Position numbers and translations under genes: made by a program. Below, one piece after another: positions 45,940 through 59,626 of a DNA stretch of 64,000 nt. The DNA lies in NCBI GenBank assembly GCA_963769025.1, contig CAVYKI010000009.1, forward strand, positions 384,001 to 448,000, read 5' to 3'. The first letter of the stretch is position 1. Each line of letters starts with the position of its first letter. The stretch comes from an uncultured Verrucomicrobiae bacterium (lineage in GTDB: Bacteria; Verrucomicrobiota; Verrucomicrobiia; Chthoniobacterales; Chthoniobacteraceae). The notes beneath the pieces are model-generated. The model was not told the DNA's origin. It ran no database searches and saw only the letters and a program-made list of their open reading frames with translations.

Positions 45940-47160
45940 CTATCGCGGACGGGGCGGAGCGCCGGGCGGAAGTTCGCCGCCGCGGTACTCGTCGGGCGTG
46001 AGCTTGCCGTCGCCATTCCTGTCGAGCTTCCGCAGCGCGGCTGGAGCGTTTGCAATTTCTTCTGAGTCGATGACGCCGTCGCCGTTCATGTCGAGCGCGC
46101 GGATGATCGGTGGCGGCGGCGGAAACCCGCCGGGCATCATGCCTGCGCCGCCCGGGCCTGCCGGAGCACCGCCAGGACCCTGAGGACGCCGCCCGCCAGC
46201 CTGACCGCGAGGCCCGCCGGGACCGGGGCCGCCTTTGCCAAAGCTCTCGTCGGGCGTCCCGTGCCATGCGCGCGGCAGGAACGGGAACGTCGTGGTGATG
46301 TGATAATGGTAGATGCCCTCGGGATGGTCGGGCGTCGCAGCCGTGTGGCCGTTGCACTCGTCGAGGTCGCCGCTGTCCTTCACAAATTCCCAATCCTGCG
46401 TGAAGCGTCCGTCGTAGTTGCCGCCCGGGCCGCCGGCGTCCGCGGGCCGCGCGCCGGCCTTGAGCCGGTAGCTGGATTTCATCGGGCGGATTGCGCTCTT
46501 CGCGTCCTTCGCATCGCCGTGGCAGTTCGCCGTGAAAACCGGGAAGCCGTCCGCGGCCCACGCGATGAGGAGCATCTTCCCTTCGTCACCGCCGAGCTTC
46601 TGCACGAGGCCGGTGGGCATCGCGTGGTAATGGTAGGCGCCGGTCGGCTGCACGTGCGCGTTGTGTTCGTCGAGGCCGAGGTCGAGGAAGCCCGTGTGCG
46701 CCTCGTAGCGCCAGCCGGAGCGCGGATCGTTGTTCCAAGTCTCGGCGGTGCCGGCTTCAAACGGCACTCCATTCACCGCGACGCCGAAAAACCAGCCGCC
46801 GCGGCGCTGCGGCTCACTCGCCGCGACCGGCTTCAGCGGAACGCGGAACGTGTATTCCTGCGGCGAAACCGTGTTGGGATTTCCGCGGCGTGGAAACTGG
46901 CCCGGCGCGTGGTCGGGCCAGCCGTTGGATTTGATGACGCGAAAGTCACCCTCGATCGTGACGCTGACGACGTTCTCGCGCTTCGCGGTCGCGCCGTTCG
47001 GATCGGGCCGGTTCGAGCGGATGCCCGCGCCGCCGAATGGCGGACGATTGCCGCCCGGGCCGTCCGGCGCCTGTGCGAGGAGAAGCGGAACTGTGGAGAG
47101 GGTGGCGAGGCCGATTGAGCAGAGAAGCGCGGCGCGGCGGGTGGTCGGGTGATGAGGCAT
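45940..47160 (-). CDS. YHYH domain protein with Gly/Pro linker and two C-terminal EF hands
   Basis: [52 protein letters not shown] and [12 protein letters not shown]. Confidence 0.88.
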   Translation of the reverse strand: MPHHPTTRRAALLCSIGLATLSTVPLLLAQAPDGPGGNRPPFGGAGIRSNRPDPNGATAKRENVVSVTIEGDFRVIKSNGWPDHAPGQFPRRGNPNTVSPQEYTFRVPLKPVAASEPQRRGGWFFGVAVNGVPFEAGTAETWNNDPRSGWRYEAHTGFLDLGLDEHNAHVQPTGAYHYHAMPTGLVQKLGGDEGKMLLIAWAADGFPVFTANCHGDAKDAKSAIRPMKSSYRLKAGARPADAGGPGGNYDGRFTQDWEFVKDSGDLDECNGHTAATPDHPEGIYHYHITTTFPFLPRAWHGTPDESFGKGGPGPGGPRGQAGGRRPQGPGGAPAGPGGAGMMPGGFPPPPPIIRALDMNGDGVIDSEEIANAPAALRKLDRNGDGKLTPDEYRGGELPPGAPPRPR

Positions 47161-47261
47161 GGGAATCGGCTTGTGGAAATGGTTAACCCGCGGCCGAGGC
47201 GGACGGCACGGGGATTTACGCTTCGCTGACAATTTTCCGAACTCGCGCCGCTACGGAGATC

Positions 47262-48461
47262 TCAGCGGTCGCCGAAGAGCTGGGTCTCGGTCTGGTCGTC
47301 GCCTTTCCTCATCTCGCGGGGGTCGCGGCTGATGACGAAGCGTTCGAGCATCTCGTCCACGACGATGTCGGGCTTCTCGGATTCGATGATGCCCCTGTCC
47401 CAATTCTGCTGCCACACATAGACCACGCGGCCAAAGCTGTAGCCGAAAAATTTGCTGAGCGCGATGGCGAAGGAATCGCGGAACATGACCGCCTTCCCCT
47501 TCGCGGCGGGATTCTCCGAGACGAGGGGCTCGGTGCCCGGGATCCACTGCTTCGCGATGAGGTTCGTTTCCTTGTGCACCGCGAGCGGCGCGAGTGGCGG
47601 TCGCGGTTCGAGCACCGGCGTGTGCTTTTCCGGCAGGTAGGCCTCCTGGCCCAGCATCCGCGCGAGGTCTCCGCCCGGCTGATCAAAAGCTGTCTCGGCA
47701 AAGGCATCCTCATCCGGCGCGGTGGCCGGGACACCGAGCGAGGCGATCTCGCTCACGACGCGGCGGTACGCGGCGAAAGCGCCGCGCTCGTTCCAGTGCG
47801 TGTCCGTTTTCAGGTAAACCTGCGCGCTCTTCTTCGCATCGAACAGCGTTTCGCGAAGGTCGAGGATCGGCACGTCGCTCTTTTCGCGCATATAGGCGAG
47901 CAGCTGATCGATGCGCCGCGGCGAGCGTGCCCGGGCGATGAGCCAGTCGGGCAGATGCTCGGCGTAGATGCTCTGCTTGTCCGGCGGGATGACGAAGAGA
48001 TAGCGGATGCCACGCTCGCGCAGCCAGTCGCGCCGCCCCGTCAGCAGGAGGCGCCATTCTTCGAGGTCTGCATCGCTGAAGGGGCGCGAGCCGGTGATGT
48101 CGTCCACGGTCCGGCCGTCGGAGTAGAACAGCCAGCCGTCCTTCCCGACGAGCGTGTTCGCGATGCGCGAATCACGAAACAGCGTCCATTTCAGCCGCTG
48201 CTCCCAGCGCACGAGCTGGCGGCGGAATCCAAAATGGTCGGCGAACCAAGCTTCGGTGCCCGCGAAAAATTCACCGGTACCCTTGAGCGTCGGATGGAAC
48301 GTCGGGAATGTGGCGGGCGGGCGGTTTTCGTTCGGCGATGCGGCCCGGTCGAGGTGCAGGAAGCTGTCGGCCGTCGGAAGCCACAGGAACACAAAGAACG
48401 CGGCGATGAGCGCGATGTCCGCGCGGCGCTTCAGGATTTCACGGCTGGGAAAGAGCGTCAT
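47262..48461 (-). CDS. AlgX/AlgJ family O-acetyltransferase
   Basis: [44 protein letters not shown]. Confidence 0.88.
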   Translation of the reverse strand: MTLFPSREILKRRADIALIAAFFVFLWLPTADSFLHLDRAASPNENRPPATFPTFHPTLKGTGEFFAGTEAWFADHFGFRRQLVRWEQRLKWTLFRDSRIANTLVGKDGWLFYSDGRTVDDITGSRPFSDADLEEWRLLLTGRRDWLRERGIRYLFVIPPDKQSIYAEHLPDWLIARARSPRRIDQLLAYMREKSDVPILDLRETLFDAKKSAQVYLKTDTHWNERGAFAAYRRVVSEIASLGVPATAPDEDAFAETAFDQPGGDLARMLGQEAYLPEKHTPVLEPRPPLAPLAVHKETNLIAKQWIPGTEPLVSENPAAKGKAVMFRDSFAIALSKFFGYSFGRVVYVWQQNWDRGIIESEKPDIVVDEMLERFVISRDPREMRKGDDQTETQLFGDR

Positions 48462-48465
48462 GGCG

Positions 48466-49922
48466 TCAGAACCGGAAATAGATGAAGGGATTGTAGGTGC
48501 CGCCGGCGAGCCACGCGGAGCAGACCAGCAGCAGTGCGATGACCATGACGCACTCGAAGGTCAGGCCCACGGAAGTCAACGCAGAGCCGGCGCGGTGCGG
48601 CATGCGCTCGGCAGGCCCGCGCGAGTTGCGCCTTCAGCCACGTCCACGCGGGCATCGCAAAAATCGCCCCGGCGACGAGCGCGAAGATCGACTGGTTGCT
48701 GGCGTAGCGATGGAGCGATTGCGTGACTTCGCCCGGCGTCGCGAGGCCAAGCATGTTCGCGAAAAACGCCAGCGCCTGCGGGAACGACGTCGCGCGGAAC
48801 AGCACCCAGCCGGCCATCACCGCGGCGAGCGCGTAGGCGTGGCGGAAAACGCGCGGCGTGCGTTCCATCCATGCACCGAAGCGAGTCCGCTCCAGCACGA
48901 GGAAGAGGCCGTGGTAGAGACCCCACGCGACAAACGTCCAACTCGCCCCGTGCCACAGCCCGCAGAGGAAAAACACGATGACGAGGTTGAAGTAGTTCCG
49001 CGGTCTCCGAGCAGCGGTTGCCGCCGAGCGGGATGTAGAGGTAGTCGCGGAACCACGTCGAAAGCGAGATGTGCCAGCGCCGCCAGAATTCCTTCACCGA
49101 TTGCGAGATGTAGGGGCTGTCGAAATTCTCGATGAACTTGAATCCAAACATCTTCCCGAGCCCGACCGCCATGTCCGAGTAGCCGGAGAAATCGAAGTAG
49201 ATCTGCACCGTGTAGCAAAGCGTGCCGAACCACGCGAGCGCGGGAGTCAGCTCGCCCGTCGGGAGCGCGAAGATCTGATCCGCCGGCAGCGCGACGGCAT
49301 TGGCGATGATCACCTTTTTTGCGAGTCCGCCGACGAAACGCCGGATGCCTTCCGCGAACTTTTCGCGCGTGACCACCCGCTGCACGAGCTGCGGAGCGAT
49401 GGCGCTCCAGCGCAGGATCGGCCCGGCGATGAGCTGGGGAAAAAAGAAGATGTAGAGCGCCGTGTCCGCGGGATTCCGCGCCGCGACGGATTTGCGACGG
49501 TAGATGTCCACGACGTACGACAGCGCGTGGAAGGTGAAGAACGAGATGCCGATCGGCAGCCGGATTTCGCCGATCTGAATTTCCGGGAGATGGAAGGCGG
49601 AAAGCACGGCGTTCGCATTCCCGACGGCAAAGTTGGCGTATTTGAAGAAGGCGAGCAGCCCGACGTTGAGCACGATGGCGACCGTCACTGCGGATTTTCT
49701 CCGCGCCGGATCCTGTTCGCGATCCACGCGCAGGCCGAGGAACCAGTTCACCAGCGTCGAGCCGAGCAGCAGGAAGATGAAGCCGACCTCGCCCCACGCG
49801 TAGAAGAGGAGGCTGACGACGAGGAGCAGTGCATTGCGCGCACGAAGTCCGGGCAGCAGCGCGTAAAGCGTCAGCACGACCGGCAGGAACAGGAATAGGA
49901 AAAGCGTGGAACTAAAGACCAT
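48466..49922 (-). CDS. MBOAT O-acyltransferase, AlgI/DltB family; frameshifts ~49000 and ~48560-48620
   Basis: [57 protein letters not shown], terminal YNPFIYFRF*. Confidence 0.9.
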
Positions 49923-50034
49923 CAGGACTCAGGCGCGCATTCGTATCCGACACGTCCCGCCTTGCCAGCAAATGCTCACTCCGCCGCCAAATTGTGCTTC
50001 TTTCCCGTGCATCGCGAAACCTACGCTCGCCGCC

Positions 50035-50985
50035 ATGAGCCAGTCTGTGATCGATCCCATCGCCATGCTGCGTCCCCGCCGACGCATCGAGGGCTTTTCC
50101 GCCATCCTGCTGCCGTTCCTCGCGAATGGCGACGTGGACTGGGCGGGTTTCACTGCGCACACGCGCCGCACCGTGGAGGCGGGCCTCGGCCCGGCGGTGA
50201 ACATGGATACCGGATTCGGCAACCTCATCGACGACGCGACGAAGCGCCGCGCGCTCGAAATCACGCAGGCCGAATGCGGCGGGCGCAGCTATGTCGCGGG
50301 CGCGTTCGTCGGCGACCAGCCGGGGGCGGCATTCGACTTCGAGACCTACGCTCGGCAGATGGAGATGATCCAGCGGCACGGAGGCACGCCGGTCATTTTC
50401 CAAAGCTACGGCCTCACGCAGCAGGGCGACGACGGGATCGTCGCCGCGTATGCAAAGCTCGGCACCGTCTCGGAGCGGTTTGTCGGCTTTGAACTCGGCA
50501 CGATGTTCGCGCCGTTCGGGAAGATTTACTCGCTCGACGTCTATCGCGGGCTGATGGGCGTGAAGCAGTGCATCGGCGCGAAGCACTCCTCGCTGCAGCG
50601 CGAACTGGAATGGCAGCGCATCCAGCTCCGCGACGCGACGCGGCCGGATTTCCGCGTCTATACGGGCAACGATCTCGCCATCGACATGGTGATGTATGGC
50701 AGCGACTACCTGCTCGGGCTTTCGACTTTTGCGCCGGACGTTTTCGCGAAGCGCGACGCCGCGTGGGCGGCGGGCGACCCGGCGTTTTATGAACTCAACG
50801 ACCTGCTGCAATACCTCGGCTTTCTCGCCTTCCGACCGCCGGTGCCGGCCTACAAGCACAGCGCCGCGATGTTCCTAAGGTTGCGCGGCTGGATCGGCTG
50901 TGATGACACGCATCCGAAATCGGCGAAACGGCCCGATTCCGACCGCGAGATTCTCGCCGACATCGTGAAACGGCTGCCGCGATAG
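50035..50985 (+). CDS. Dihydrodipicolinate synthase-like (class I aldolase) family protein
   Basis: SAILLPF...[11 protein letters not shown], Schiff-base Lys in GAKHSS, YTGND. Confidence 0.75.
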   Translation: MSQSVIDPIAMLRPRRRIEGFSAILLPFLANGDVDWAGFTAHTRRTVEAGLGPAVNMDTGFGNLIDDATKRRALEITQAECGGRSYVAGAFVGDQPGAAFDFETYARQMEMIQRHGGTPVIFQSYGLTQQGDDGIVAAYAKLGTVSERFVGFELGTMFAPFGKIYSLDVYRGLMGVKQCIGAKHSSLQRELEWQRIQLRDATRPDFRVYTGNDLAIDMVMYGSDYLLGLSTFAPDVFAKRDAAWAAGDPAFYELNDLLQYLGFLAFRPPVPAYKHSAAMFLRLRGWIGCDDTHPKSAKRPDSDREILADIVKRLPR

Positions 50986-51000
50986 CGCTCCTCTCATTCC

Positions 51001-52252
51001 ATGAAAATCATCCCCTCAGTTCTCCTCGCAGTCGTCCTGTCCGCGCTCCGCGTCTTCACCCGCGAACGGCCAGGCAGCAGCCGATCCTCTCGCAGCGTGG
51101 CGCCAAGGCGTGACCATCAGCGCCGCCGCGCCGAAGGAGGGACGGCATACGATTCACTCGTATTTCAACACCTGCCCGGAGAGTCCCGATGGACGCCATG
51201 TGCTGTTCTATGCCTCGACGGCGAAGGACGCGCATCACGGTGAGGTCGTCATCCGCGATCGCAAGACGGGCGAGGAGAAGGTGCTCGCCACGAACATCAA
51301 CGCCGAGGACGCGCACCGCGTCGCGTGCCAGCAATGGGTCTCCGGCGGCAAGCGCGTCGTCTTTCACGGCGAGCGCGACGGCGAGTGGTTTGTCGCCTGC
51401 GTGGATCTCGACACGATGAAGGAGCGCATCCTCGCGCGCGGCCAGCTTGCGGGCTGGGGCCAGCCGGATGCGGACATCGTCCCGCTCTACAGCCCGCACT
51501 GGAGGCCGGGCGCGCACCCCGATCTCGATTTGATCAACGTGGTGACCGGCGAGAAGCAGACGCCGGTGACCGTGGAGGCGCTGAAGCAGGCCTACCCGGA
51601 TTGGTTCGAGAAAACTTTTGCGGGGCAGAAGCCGTCCATCTTTTTCCCGATCCTCAGTCCGAATCTCGAACGCGTCTTTTTCAAGATGGCTCTCGCCACT
51701 GGCGATGATCCGCGCAGCAAGAGCGCCAGCGCGCGGCAGGGGCTCATCTGCTACAGCCTCGCGGAGAAAAAATTCCTCTTCATGAGTCCGAAGTGGGGGC
51801 ACCCGTCGTGGCAGCCGGACTCCCGGCACATCACCGAGATGCACTACACGGTGATCGACAGCAACGACGGGAAGGTGACGGCAAATCCGGGCATGCCGAC
51901 GAAGGCAATCCGCGCGAAGGCTGCTGCCAGCGGGGACACTTCCATCCTCGACGCCTACATGAAGGACGTAAGCGGCGATCACCCTTCGGTGAGTCCCGAT
52001 GGCAAGCTCGTCGTCACCGACACCACGCTCGAGAAGTTTGGCGGCACCCGGACCGAATGGGGCGTGGTGCTCGCCGATGCGAAAGGCACGGGTCAGGTCA
52101 TCATCCACAAATTCGACAACTCGAAAGGCGCACGGTCGTGGCGCGTGTCGCATCCGCATCCGGTCTTCAGCGCCGACGGGAGGCGCATTTACTACAACGT
52201 GAGCGACGGCGAATTCACGCGGCTGTTTGTCGCCGAGTCCGCCGCGCGCTGA
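51001..52252 (+). CDS. Secreted beta-propeller, oligogalacturonate lyase/TolB-like (frameshift in 5' ~110 nt)
   Basis: YFNTCPESPDGR, GHPSW, HPSVSPDG..VTD, HPHPVFSADG..IYYN. Confidence 0.72.
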
Positions 52253-52267
52253 CCCGCATGCACGCCA

Positions 52268-52459
52268 TCACGCCCAGCTGGCGTTGTCGGCTCCGTCTGC
52301 GGCCTGGCGGATGACTGGCTGACCAGTAGCGTCCAGTCGCGATGCGGGACGTTGGCCCATTGCCGGAGTCGTGCCGTGCTCTGCGGCTGTTTGTTTGCCG
52401 CACGATGTGAGCAGCGACAGCAGTGCGAGACAGGCGGGAAAAATTCGTGACGAGCGCAT
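52268..52459 (-). CDS. Possible small lipoprotein (63 aa)
   Basis: MRSSRIFPACLALLSLLTSC lipobox; fills the intergenic gap. Confidence 0.4.
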   Translation of the reverse strand: MRSSRIFPACLALLSLLTSCGKQTAAEHGTTPAMGQRPASRLDATGQPVIRQAADGADNASWA

Positions 52460-52484
52460 CGTTCGGAGTCCACAACTCGCAGCC

Positions 52485-54000
52485 ATGGCCGAACCGTTCA
52501 AGCTCACCCGCATCCCGTCGCTCAAAACTGTCGATGATTTTTCGCAGACACTGCGCCGCGCTCGGCATCGAGCTGCCGTGCGAGGAGAAGGTGGAATCCG
52601 GCGCGGGTTCGCCGCTCGCGCAGCCGGTGCCGAACCTGACTGTGAACGGAAAGCGCATCGGCAACCGCGTGGCCATCCACCCGATGGAAGGATGGGACGG
52701 CACGACGGGCGGCGGCCTGAGCGAGGAGATGCGGAGGCGATGGCAGCGCTTCGGCGAGAGCGGCGCGAAGCTGATCTGCGGCGCGGAGGCGATGGCGGTG
52801 CGGCCGGACGGCCGTGCGAATCCGAACCAGATCATCATCATCGAGCAAAACAAGGCGGGCCTCGCGGAGCTGATGGGCATTTTGAAAAAGGCGCACGCCG
52901 AGCGCCACGGTACGGCGGACGATCTGGTCATCGGTTTTCAGCTCACGCATTCAGGACGCTTTTGCCGGCCGAACGAGAAGACGCGCTACGAGCCGCGCGT
53001 GGCATTCCGGCATCCGGTCCTCGACCCGAAGTTCAAGGTCACGAGCGACGCGCAGGTCTTCACGGACGAGGAGATCGAGCGGCTCATCGAGGACTACATC
53101 CGTGCGGCGAAGATCGCGTGGGACGTGGGCGCGGATTTCGTGGACCTCAAGCACTGCCACGGCTACCTGCTGCACGAATTCCTCGGCGCACATACGCGTC
53201 CCGGCAAGTTCGGCGGCAGCTTCGAAAACCGCACGCGCATCCTGCGCGACATCATCGCCGGCATCCGCGCGAGCGGGAACCCGATCGAGTTTGGCGTACG
53301 GCTTAGCACGTTCGACATGGTGCCGCACCGGCCAGACCCGGCGCTCTCCGTGCCCGGCAAGCTCGGGCCCGGCATTCCGGAGGAATACGCGAACGCGCTG
53401 CCGTATCGCTACGGCTTCGGAGTGAACCAGGAGAACCCGACGCAGATCGACCTCACGGAGACGTTCCAATTTGCCAAACTGTGCGCGCAGCTCGGAGTGA
53501 AAATCCTGAATACCACCGCCGGCTCGCCTTATTACACGCCGCATCTTCAGCGACCCGCCGCCTATCCGCCGAGCGACGGCTACCAGCCGGCGTATGATCC
53601 GCTGATCGACGTGGAGCGGCAGGTGCAAGTCGTGCGGCAACTGAAGGCGCGCCTTGAGGACCTCAAACTTCAACATTCAGGACTCGAAATCCCCGTCATC
53701 GTCGCCTCCGGCCTCAGTTATCTGCAGGAATATCTCCCTCACGTTTCGCAATACCTCTTGCGGGAAGGCTGGGCGGACATGGTCGGCATCGGCCGTGCGG
53801 TGCTGAGCTATCCGACGATCCTCTCGGACGCGGCGGCGAAGGGTGAAATCGAAAAGCGCTTCATCTGCCGCACGTTCAGCGACTGCACGACGGCCCCGCG
53901 CAATGGGCTCATCAGCGGCTGCTACCCGCTCGACAAGTACTACACGGCGAAACCCGAGGCCGCGCAGTTGAAGGAAATCAAGAAGCGCACCGGCGCGTAG
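52485..54000 (+). CDS. NADH:flavin oxidoreductase / Old Yellow Enzyme family (frameshift ~52540)
   Basis: NRVAIHPMEG, QLTHSGR, KHCHGYLLHEFL, GGSFENRTR, GR, C-terminal CRTFSDC...C. Confidence 0.85.
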
Positions 54001-54124
54001 CATCGCGGACAAAATGCGCGTGGACCCCGTGCCGAACGACGGCGCGCTGGACGACCGGACGTTGGATATCGCTGAGCGCGCGATTGCTTCGCTATGCGCA
54101 CGCGCACAGTCTGCGGGTGCACCC

Positions 54125-57100
54125 ATGTCGCACACCCGCCTCTTTCCACTCGTCATCGCGTTCACGCTCGTTTGCACCGGAATCGCCCCGGCGCAGAGAC
54201 CTGAAACTCCCGCTTTTTCACCGCTCGGTGTCTCATTGCTCGACGGTGCTGCTTTTGCGCAATGGCTCGAAGGCAAGGAATCGCCCGTCCCCGGGGAGCC
54301 GCCCAAAGGCGGGCCGCAGGCGGTGGTGTGGACTTCGACAGGGAAGCCGGAATTCCGCGGGGTGAAATTTGGCGAAGGGCGCGAAGCGGGCGTGCGGCAT
54401 TTGCGGATCGGCTTTGCGCAACCGGTCGCGGTGGGCAGCGTGCTGGTGCGCGGCGGCGGGACGCTGAGCGTGCTCAAGCCGGACGCGGCGTATCCCGGCG
54501 ATCTCGCGGATGACGCGCAGTGGCAGCCTGCGGAACGGCTCGCCGGCGATGCGGCGTCGCGCGCGGAAGTTGGACAATGGCGGCTATCGCGCTGTGGACG
54601 TTGCCGCCGGGAACGCAGACGCGCGCGCTGCGTTTCAGCCATGTGCCTGCGCCGGGCGATCGCGAGATGGCGGGGTGGCTCGGCGGCGTGTGGCTATTGC
54701 CGGAGCGGCTGGGCAACGTGGCCCCGCAGGCGCTCGCGCAATCGAGCGCGCGCGACGACGCCTCGGCGAAGCTGGTGGACGGGAAGCACAACGACTGGCG
54801 CACGTGGGACAATGGCGAGACAGGGCGCGGCGCTGCCGGTTTCGGCGGAGCATCCGGAGGTCGTCACGCTCACGTGGCCGAAGCCCGTGCGGCTCGACGG
54901 GCTCTGCCTGTGTGGGCCGGCTTTCGCGCCGTGGAGGTGGATGCCTTCACCGGCGGAGCCGATGAAAATGTGCGCGAAGCGGCCGCCGGGAAATGGCGGC
55001 GCGTCGCGGAGAAGCGCGACATGGATTCGCTTTATCCGCTGCCGCTCGGGCCGCATTGGCTGGCGTTTTCCGCAGCCGTGGAGACGCGCGCGATGCGTCT
55101 GCGGATCACCGGCGGCGCGAAGTCCACGCACCCGCACCTCGCCAGACAAGGTAAAGGAAGGCCGCCGCGTGTGGCTCGGCGAAGTGCTGGCGCTCGCGCC
55201 GCTGAAGGATGCGGCCCTGACGTCGCTCGTCCTGCCGAAAAGCGGCCGAGGAGCCGCCGCCGATCCCGGTGAAGTTCACGCTGCCGGAAGCCGGGCTCGT
55301 GACGCTCGTGATCGAGGACATGCAGAATCACCGCGTGCGAAATCTGGTGAGCGAGACTCCATTTCCCGCCGGCGAAAACATCGCGTGGTGGGATGGCAGC
55401 GACGACCTTTTGCGCGATCCCGAGGCGGCGAAGCACGGCGTTTACAACATCCCCACGCGGCCGGTCGCGCCCGGCAATTACAAGGTCCGCGGACTGTGGC
55501 GCCGGCCCGTGAAGCTGCACTACGAATTCAGCATCTACAACGCGGGCAAGCCGGCTTGGACCACGGCTGACAACACCGGCTGCTGGATGACCACGCACAC
55601 GCCGCCCACGAGCGTGGCCACGGTGCCCGGCAGCCGCACGGCGGACGGACAGCCGCTCGTCTTCATCGGCGCGTACGTCGCCGAGGGCGGGCACGGTCTG
55701 CAATGGCTGCACGAGGACGGCACGAAGCTCGGCGGGCAAGGCTGGGTCGGCGGCACCTGGACCGGCGCACCGACGCTCGCAGTCGATGGTGGCAGCGCGG
55801 CAATCGCGGACCATCTCTGCTACGTCGGTTCGGTGTGGGATGGCGAACTGCGCCTCACGGCGAAGACGCGTGGGCTGGAGGACAAGCCGATCTTCAAGGC
55901 GCAACTTGGCAGCGATCCGCGAATCAAGAAACCGTCCGATGGCGAGAAACCTGCTGAGTTGGAAGGCTTCGACGGCGGCGAGAAAACGTATGTGCTCGCC
56001 GGCATCGCCGCGCGCGATGGGATCCTCGTCTGCTCGATGGTCCGGCAGAATGAGCTGCTCTTCGTGGATGCGAAGGCGGGCCGCATCGCCGGACGTGCGC
56101 CGGTGGAGAATCCGCGCGGCGTGGCCTTCGATGCGCGCGGCCGCCTGCTCGTGCTCAGCGGCACGAAGCTCCTGCGCTTTCCGGCACTGAACTCCGCCGA
56201 ACCCGCAGCGCTCGGAAAGCCGGAGGTCGTCATCGCGAGCGGACTCGACGATCCGCGGCACGTCATCGCCGACGCGGCGGGGAACTTTCTGCATCAGCGA
56301 TCGCGGCCAGTCGCATCAGGTGAAAGTCTTCTCGCCTGCGGGCAAGCTGCTGCGCGCCATCGGCAAACCCGGCGCGCCCGGCGTCGGCCCGTACGACCGG
56401 ACGCAGCTGAACAATCCGAACGGACTCGCGCTCGATTCGCAGGGCCGGCTTTGGGTCGCCGAGGCGGACAATCATCCGCGCCGCGTCTCGGTCTGGACGC
56501 CGAAGGGCGAACTCGTGCGCGCGTTCTACGGCCCCACGGAATACGGCGGCGGCGGCGTGCTCGATCCGCAGGATGCGTCGCGGTTCTTTTACAAGGGCAT
56601 GGAGTTCCGGCTCGATTGGAAGGCGGGACGCGATGAGCTCGTGCGCGTCTTCGCGCGGCCCGATCCGCTGCTGGACGCGCATGGCGGACACTATTCGCCG
56701 GACACGCCGCTGTATCCCGAGGCGCGAAGCGGCACGCGCTATTTCACGAGTTGCTACACGCACAATCCGACGGGCGGCGATCATGTCGCGTTCGTCTGGC
56801 GCGATGACGGCACGCGTGCGCACCTCGTCGCGGCGCTGGGCAACGCGCATTCGTGGGCTGTGCTGCAGGACAGCGGAATTCCGCGCAATCTGGCCGGAAG
56901 GCACGAAGCCGGAGGAGGAGAATCCGAAGCCCGAGCACCTCGCCACTTTCACATGGACCGATGCGAACGGCGACGGACGTCCGCAGCCGTGACGAGGTGC
57001 GGATGCTGAAAGGCCAGTCGCGCGGCGTGACGGTGATGAACGACTTGTCGTTCGTCGTCGCGCGGTTCGACGGGATGACCGCGCGGTTTTCGCCGACGGG

Positions 57101-58466
57101 CTTCGATGCCAAAGGCGCGCCGCGCTACGATCTCGCGAAGGCGGAGAAGCTCGGTCCTGCCGGCGGGCAGCCGCCATCGAGCGGCGGCGATCAGGCGCTG
57201 ACTGAAGCGGGCGGCTGGACGGTCACCACCAATGCGGTCGCGCCATTTTCGCCGTATGGCCTCGGCGGCACTTTCCACGGCGAGCCGCGCTGGAGCTATC
57301 CGAGCGCGTGGCCCGGACTGCACGCGAGCCACGAGGCCGCGGTGCCGGATCGCCCGGGCATGGTCGTCGGCCACACGCGGCTGCTCGGCGGATGGGTGAA
57401 GCCGGCGGGCGAGGCGGGCCCGATGTTCTGCATCAACGGCAACATGGGAAACATGTATCTCTTCACGGCCGACGGGCTGTTCGTTGCGCACGCTCTTCAA
57501 CGACATCCGCCTGCGCCCGAACTGGGCGGCGCCAGTCGCCATCCGCAACATGGATGTGACGGATGTCTCGCTGCACGACGAGAATTTCTGGCCGAGCATC
57601 ACGCAGACGCCCGATGGCCGCGTCTTCCTCGTCGACGGCGGACGCACCAGCCTCGTCCGCGTGGACGGGCTCGACTCGGTGCAAACGCCTCCCGGAACAA
57701 ACGATCACCGTCACCGCCGACCGATCTCGAACGGGCGCGCGACTGGTTCGCCAGCGCCGAGACGGCCCGGCAGCAGGCGCGCGGCAGCGGCATCCTCGGC
57801 GTGCCGCTGCGCAAGCAGCCGCCGCAGGTGGACGGCAAGCTCGACGACTGGCCGGCGACCACCGATTGGGCCGCGATCGATCGCCGCGGCACGAAGGCGA
57901 ACTTCAACAGCAACTCGCGCCCGTACGACGTGAGCGCCGCCGTCTGCGTGAGCGGCGACCGGCTTTTCGCCGCATGGCGCACGACGGAAAAGGATCTGCT
58001 CAACAACAGCGGCGAGACGCCGAACGCGCTCTTCAAGACCGGCGGCTGCCTCGACCTCATGCTGCAGGCCGACACGGATGAGCGCCTGCTCGTCACGCTC
58101 GTGAAAGGCAAGCCGCGTGCGATGCTCTACCGCGCGAAGGTTCCCGGCACGACGCAGCCCGTCGCCTTCAGCAGCCCGTGGCGGACGATCAACATCGATG
58201 TCGTGGAAGACGTGACCGCACAGGTGGCATTCGCGACGGATGGCAGCGGCAACTTTGAAATCAGCATCCCGCTGCAAACGCTCCATTGGCAGCCCAAGCC
58301 CGGCGATACGGTCCGCGCCGATCTCGGCGTGCTGCGCGGTTCGAACTGCCAGACCACGCAGCGGGTCTACTGGGCCAACAAAGCCACCGCCATCACCGCC
58401 GACGTGCCGAGCGAGGCCGAACTCACACCCAAGCTCTGGGGGAAGTGGCGGGTTCTATCCGAATGA
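54125..58466 (+). CDS. Large secreted protein (~1440 aa) with FlgD-Ig-like, NHL-repeat and C-terminal CBM9-like domains; ~12 frameshifts
   Basis: Signal peptide; VTLVIED..RVRNL..WDG; PRGVAFD, PNGLALDSQGRLWVAE; VDGKLDDW...DLGVLRG. Confidence 0.7.
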
Positions 58467-59503
58467 ACAACGAGCCCGTCTCATCGTACCCGCCGCCGCT
58501 CCTCAACCGCGTCCGTGATGCTCAGCGCGCTTGTCTGCGCGGAGTGTGCATTGCGATCGCGTTGGTCCTGATGGGGGCGATTTCATGTCGCGCCAGCGCT
58601 GCAGAGGGCGGAAAATTCACGTTCACTGTGCTGAACGTCCCCGATGTCCAGCGCGGGGCCGGTCTCGCGATTGTCCTGCAAATGCCCGGCGGTAAGACCT
58701 GGCTGTACGACACGGGATCCGGTTATCCGGCAGAGAACGGCTGGGCGGGAGATTTCAATGCGGGGCGTGATCTCATTGTTCCGTTTTTGAAGGAGCGGGG
58801 AGTCACCGAACTCGCGGGGGTGTTGATGAGCCACGCGCACTACGACCACTTCGGCGGACTCATCTGGCTCAAGGATAATTTCCCCATCGGGAAGCTTATT
58901 GACTCGGGTTACGAATTTGCCGGCGCGAGCAATGCGGAATATTCCTCCGAACTGCGGCACTATTCACGGCTGCGCGCGGATTTCCAGCAGCGCGGAAAAC
59001 ACCTTGCGGCTCGCGCCGGTGACGCACTGAAACTGGACGACGCGCTCGAGATCGAAGTGATTGCTCCGCCGAAGGACTTCTTCAAAAACCCCGAGGGCGC
59101 GGTGCGCGCGCCGAACGATGGCCCGGCGCATTACCTTGTGAATGCAAATTCGCTGGGCATTCGGATCCGGCACGGCAGCGTCGTCTTTTACCTGCCGGGT
59201 GACATCCAGACGGAGGACATCGACCGGAGTCTGCTGCCGTTTGTCGATCACGCGAAAATCAAATGCAACGTGCTTGTCGCGCCTGGGCACGGTATTCATG
59301 GGTCGAAGGCGTTTGCCGAGGCGACGCGCCCGGAGGTCTCCATCGCGAGCGTGTTTCCGCGGTATGCGCGCGGATTGAAGAGCACTCCGGAGCTCAAGGC
59401 CGTCGGTGCGAAGACATACATCACGGGGATCCACGGGTGGGTGCAGGTCGTCTCCGACGGCAAGAGCTACACCGTCACCGCAGAGCATCCCGACGCGAAA
59501 TGA
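58463..59503 (+). CDS. ComEC/Rec2-like metallo-beta-lactamase fold hydrolase
   Basis: LYDTG, SHAHYDHFGG, NANS, LPGD, APGHG. Start uncertain. Confidence 0.85.
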   Translation: MNNEPVSSYPPPLLNRVRDAQRACLRGVCIAIALVLMGAISCRASAAEGGKFTFTVLNVPDVQRGAGLAIVLQMPGGKTWLYDTGSGYPAENGWAGDFNAGRDLIVPFLKERGVTELAGVLMSHAHYDHFGGLIWLKDNFPIGKLIDSGYEFAGASNAEYSSELRHYSRLRADFQQRGKHLAARAGDALKLDDALEIEVIAPPKDFFKNPEGAVRAPNDGPAHYLVNANSLGIRIRHGSVVFYLPGDIQTEDIDRSLLPFVDHAKIKCNVLVAPGHGIHGSKAFAEATRPEVSIASVFPRYARGLKSTPELKAVGAKTYITGIHGWVQVVSDGKSYTVTAEHPDAK

Positions 59504-59626
59504 ATCCGCAGGGGGAACCGCTCAAGGACGCCGGCCCGAACGGTGAACACCGTGGCCCCGCCGCTTTCCAAGAGAAGTTCGTGAATGATCAACTTTCATC
59601 AATCCACCCAACAACGTCATCACCCC

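Noticed and set aside
46100..46235. Low-complexity GC-rich repeats
   Set aside because: They encode the Gly/Pro linker of the YHYH-EF-hand protein, not a DNA element.
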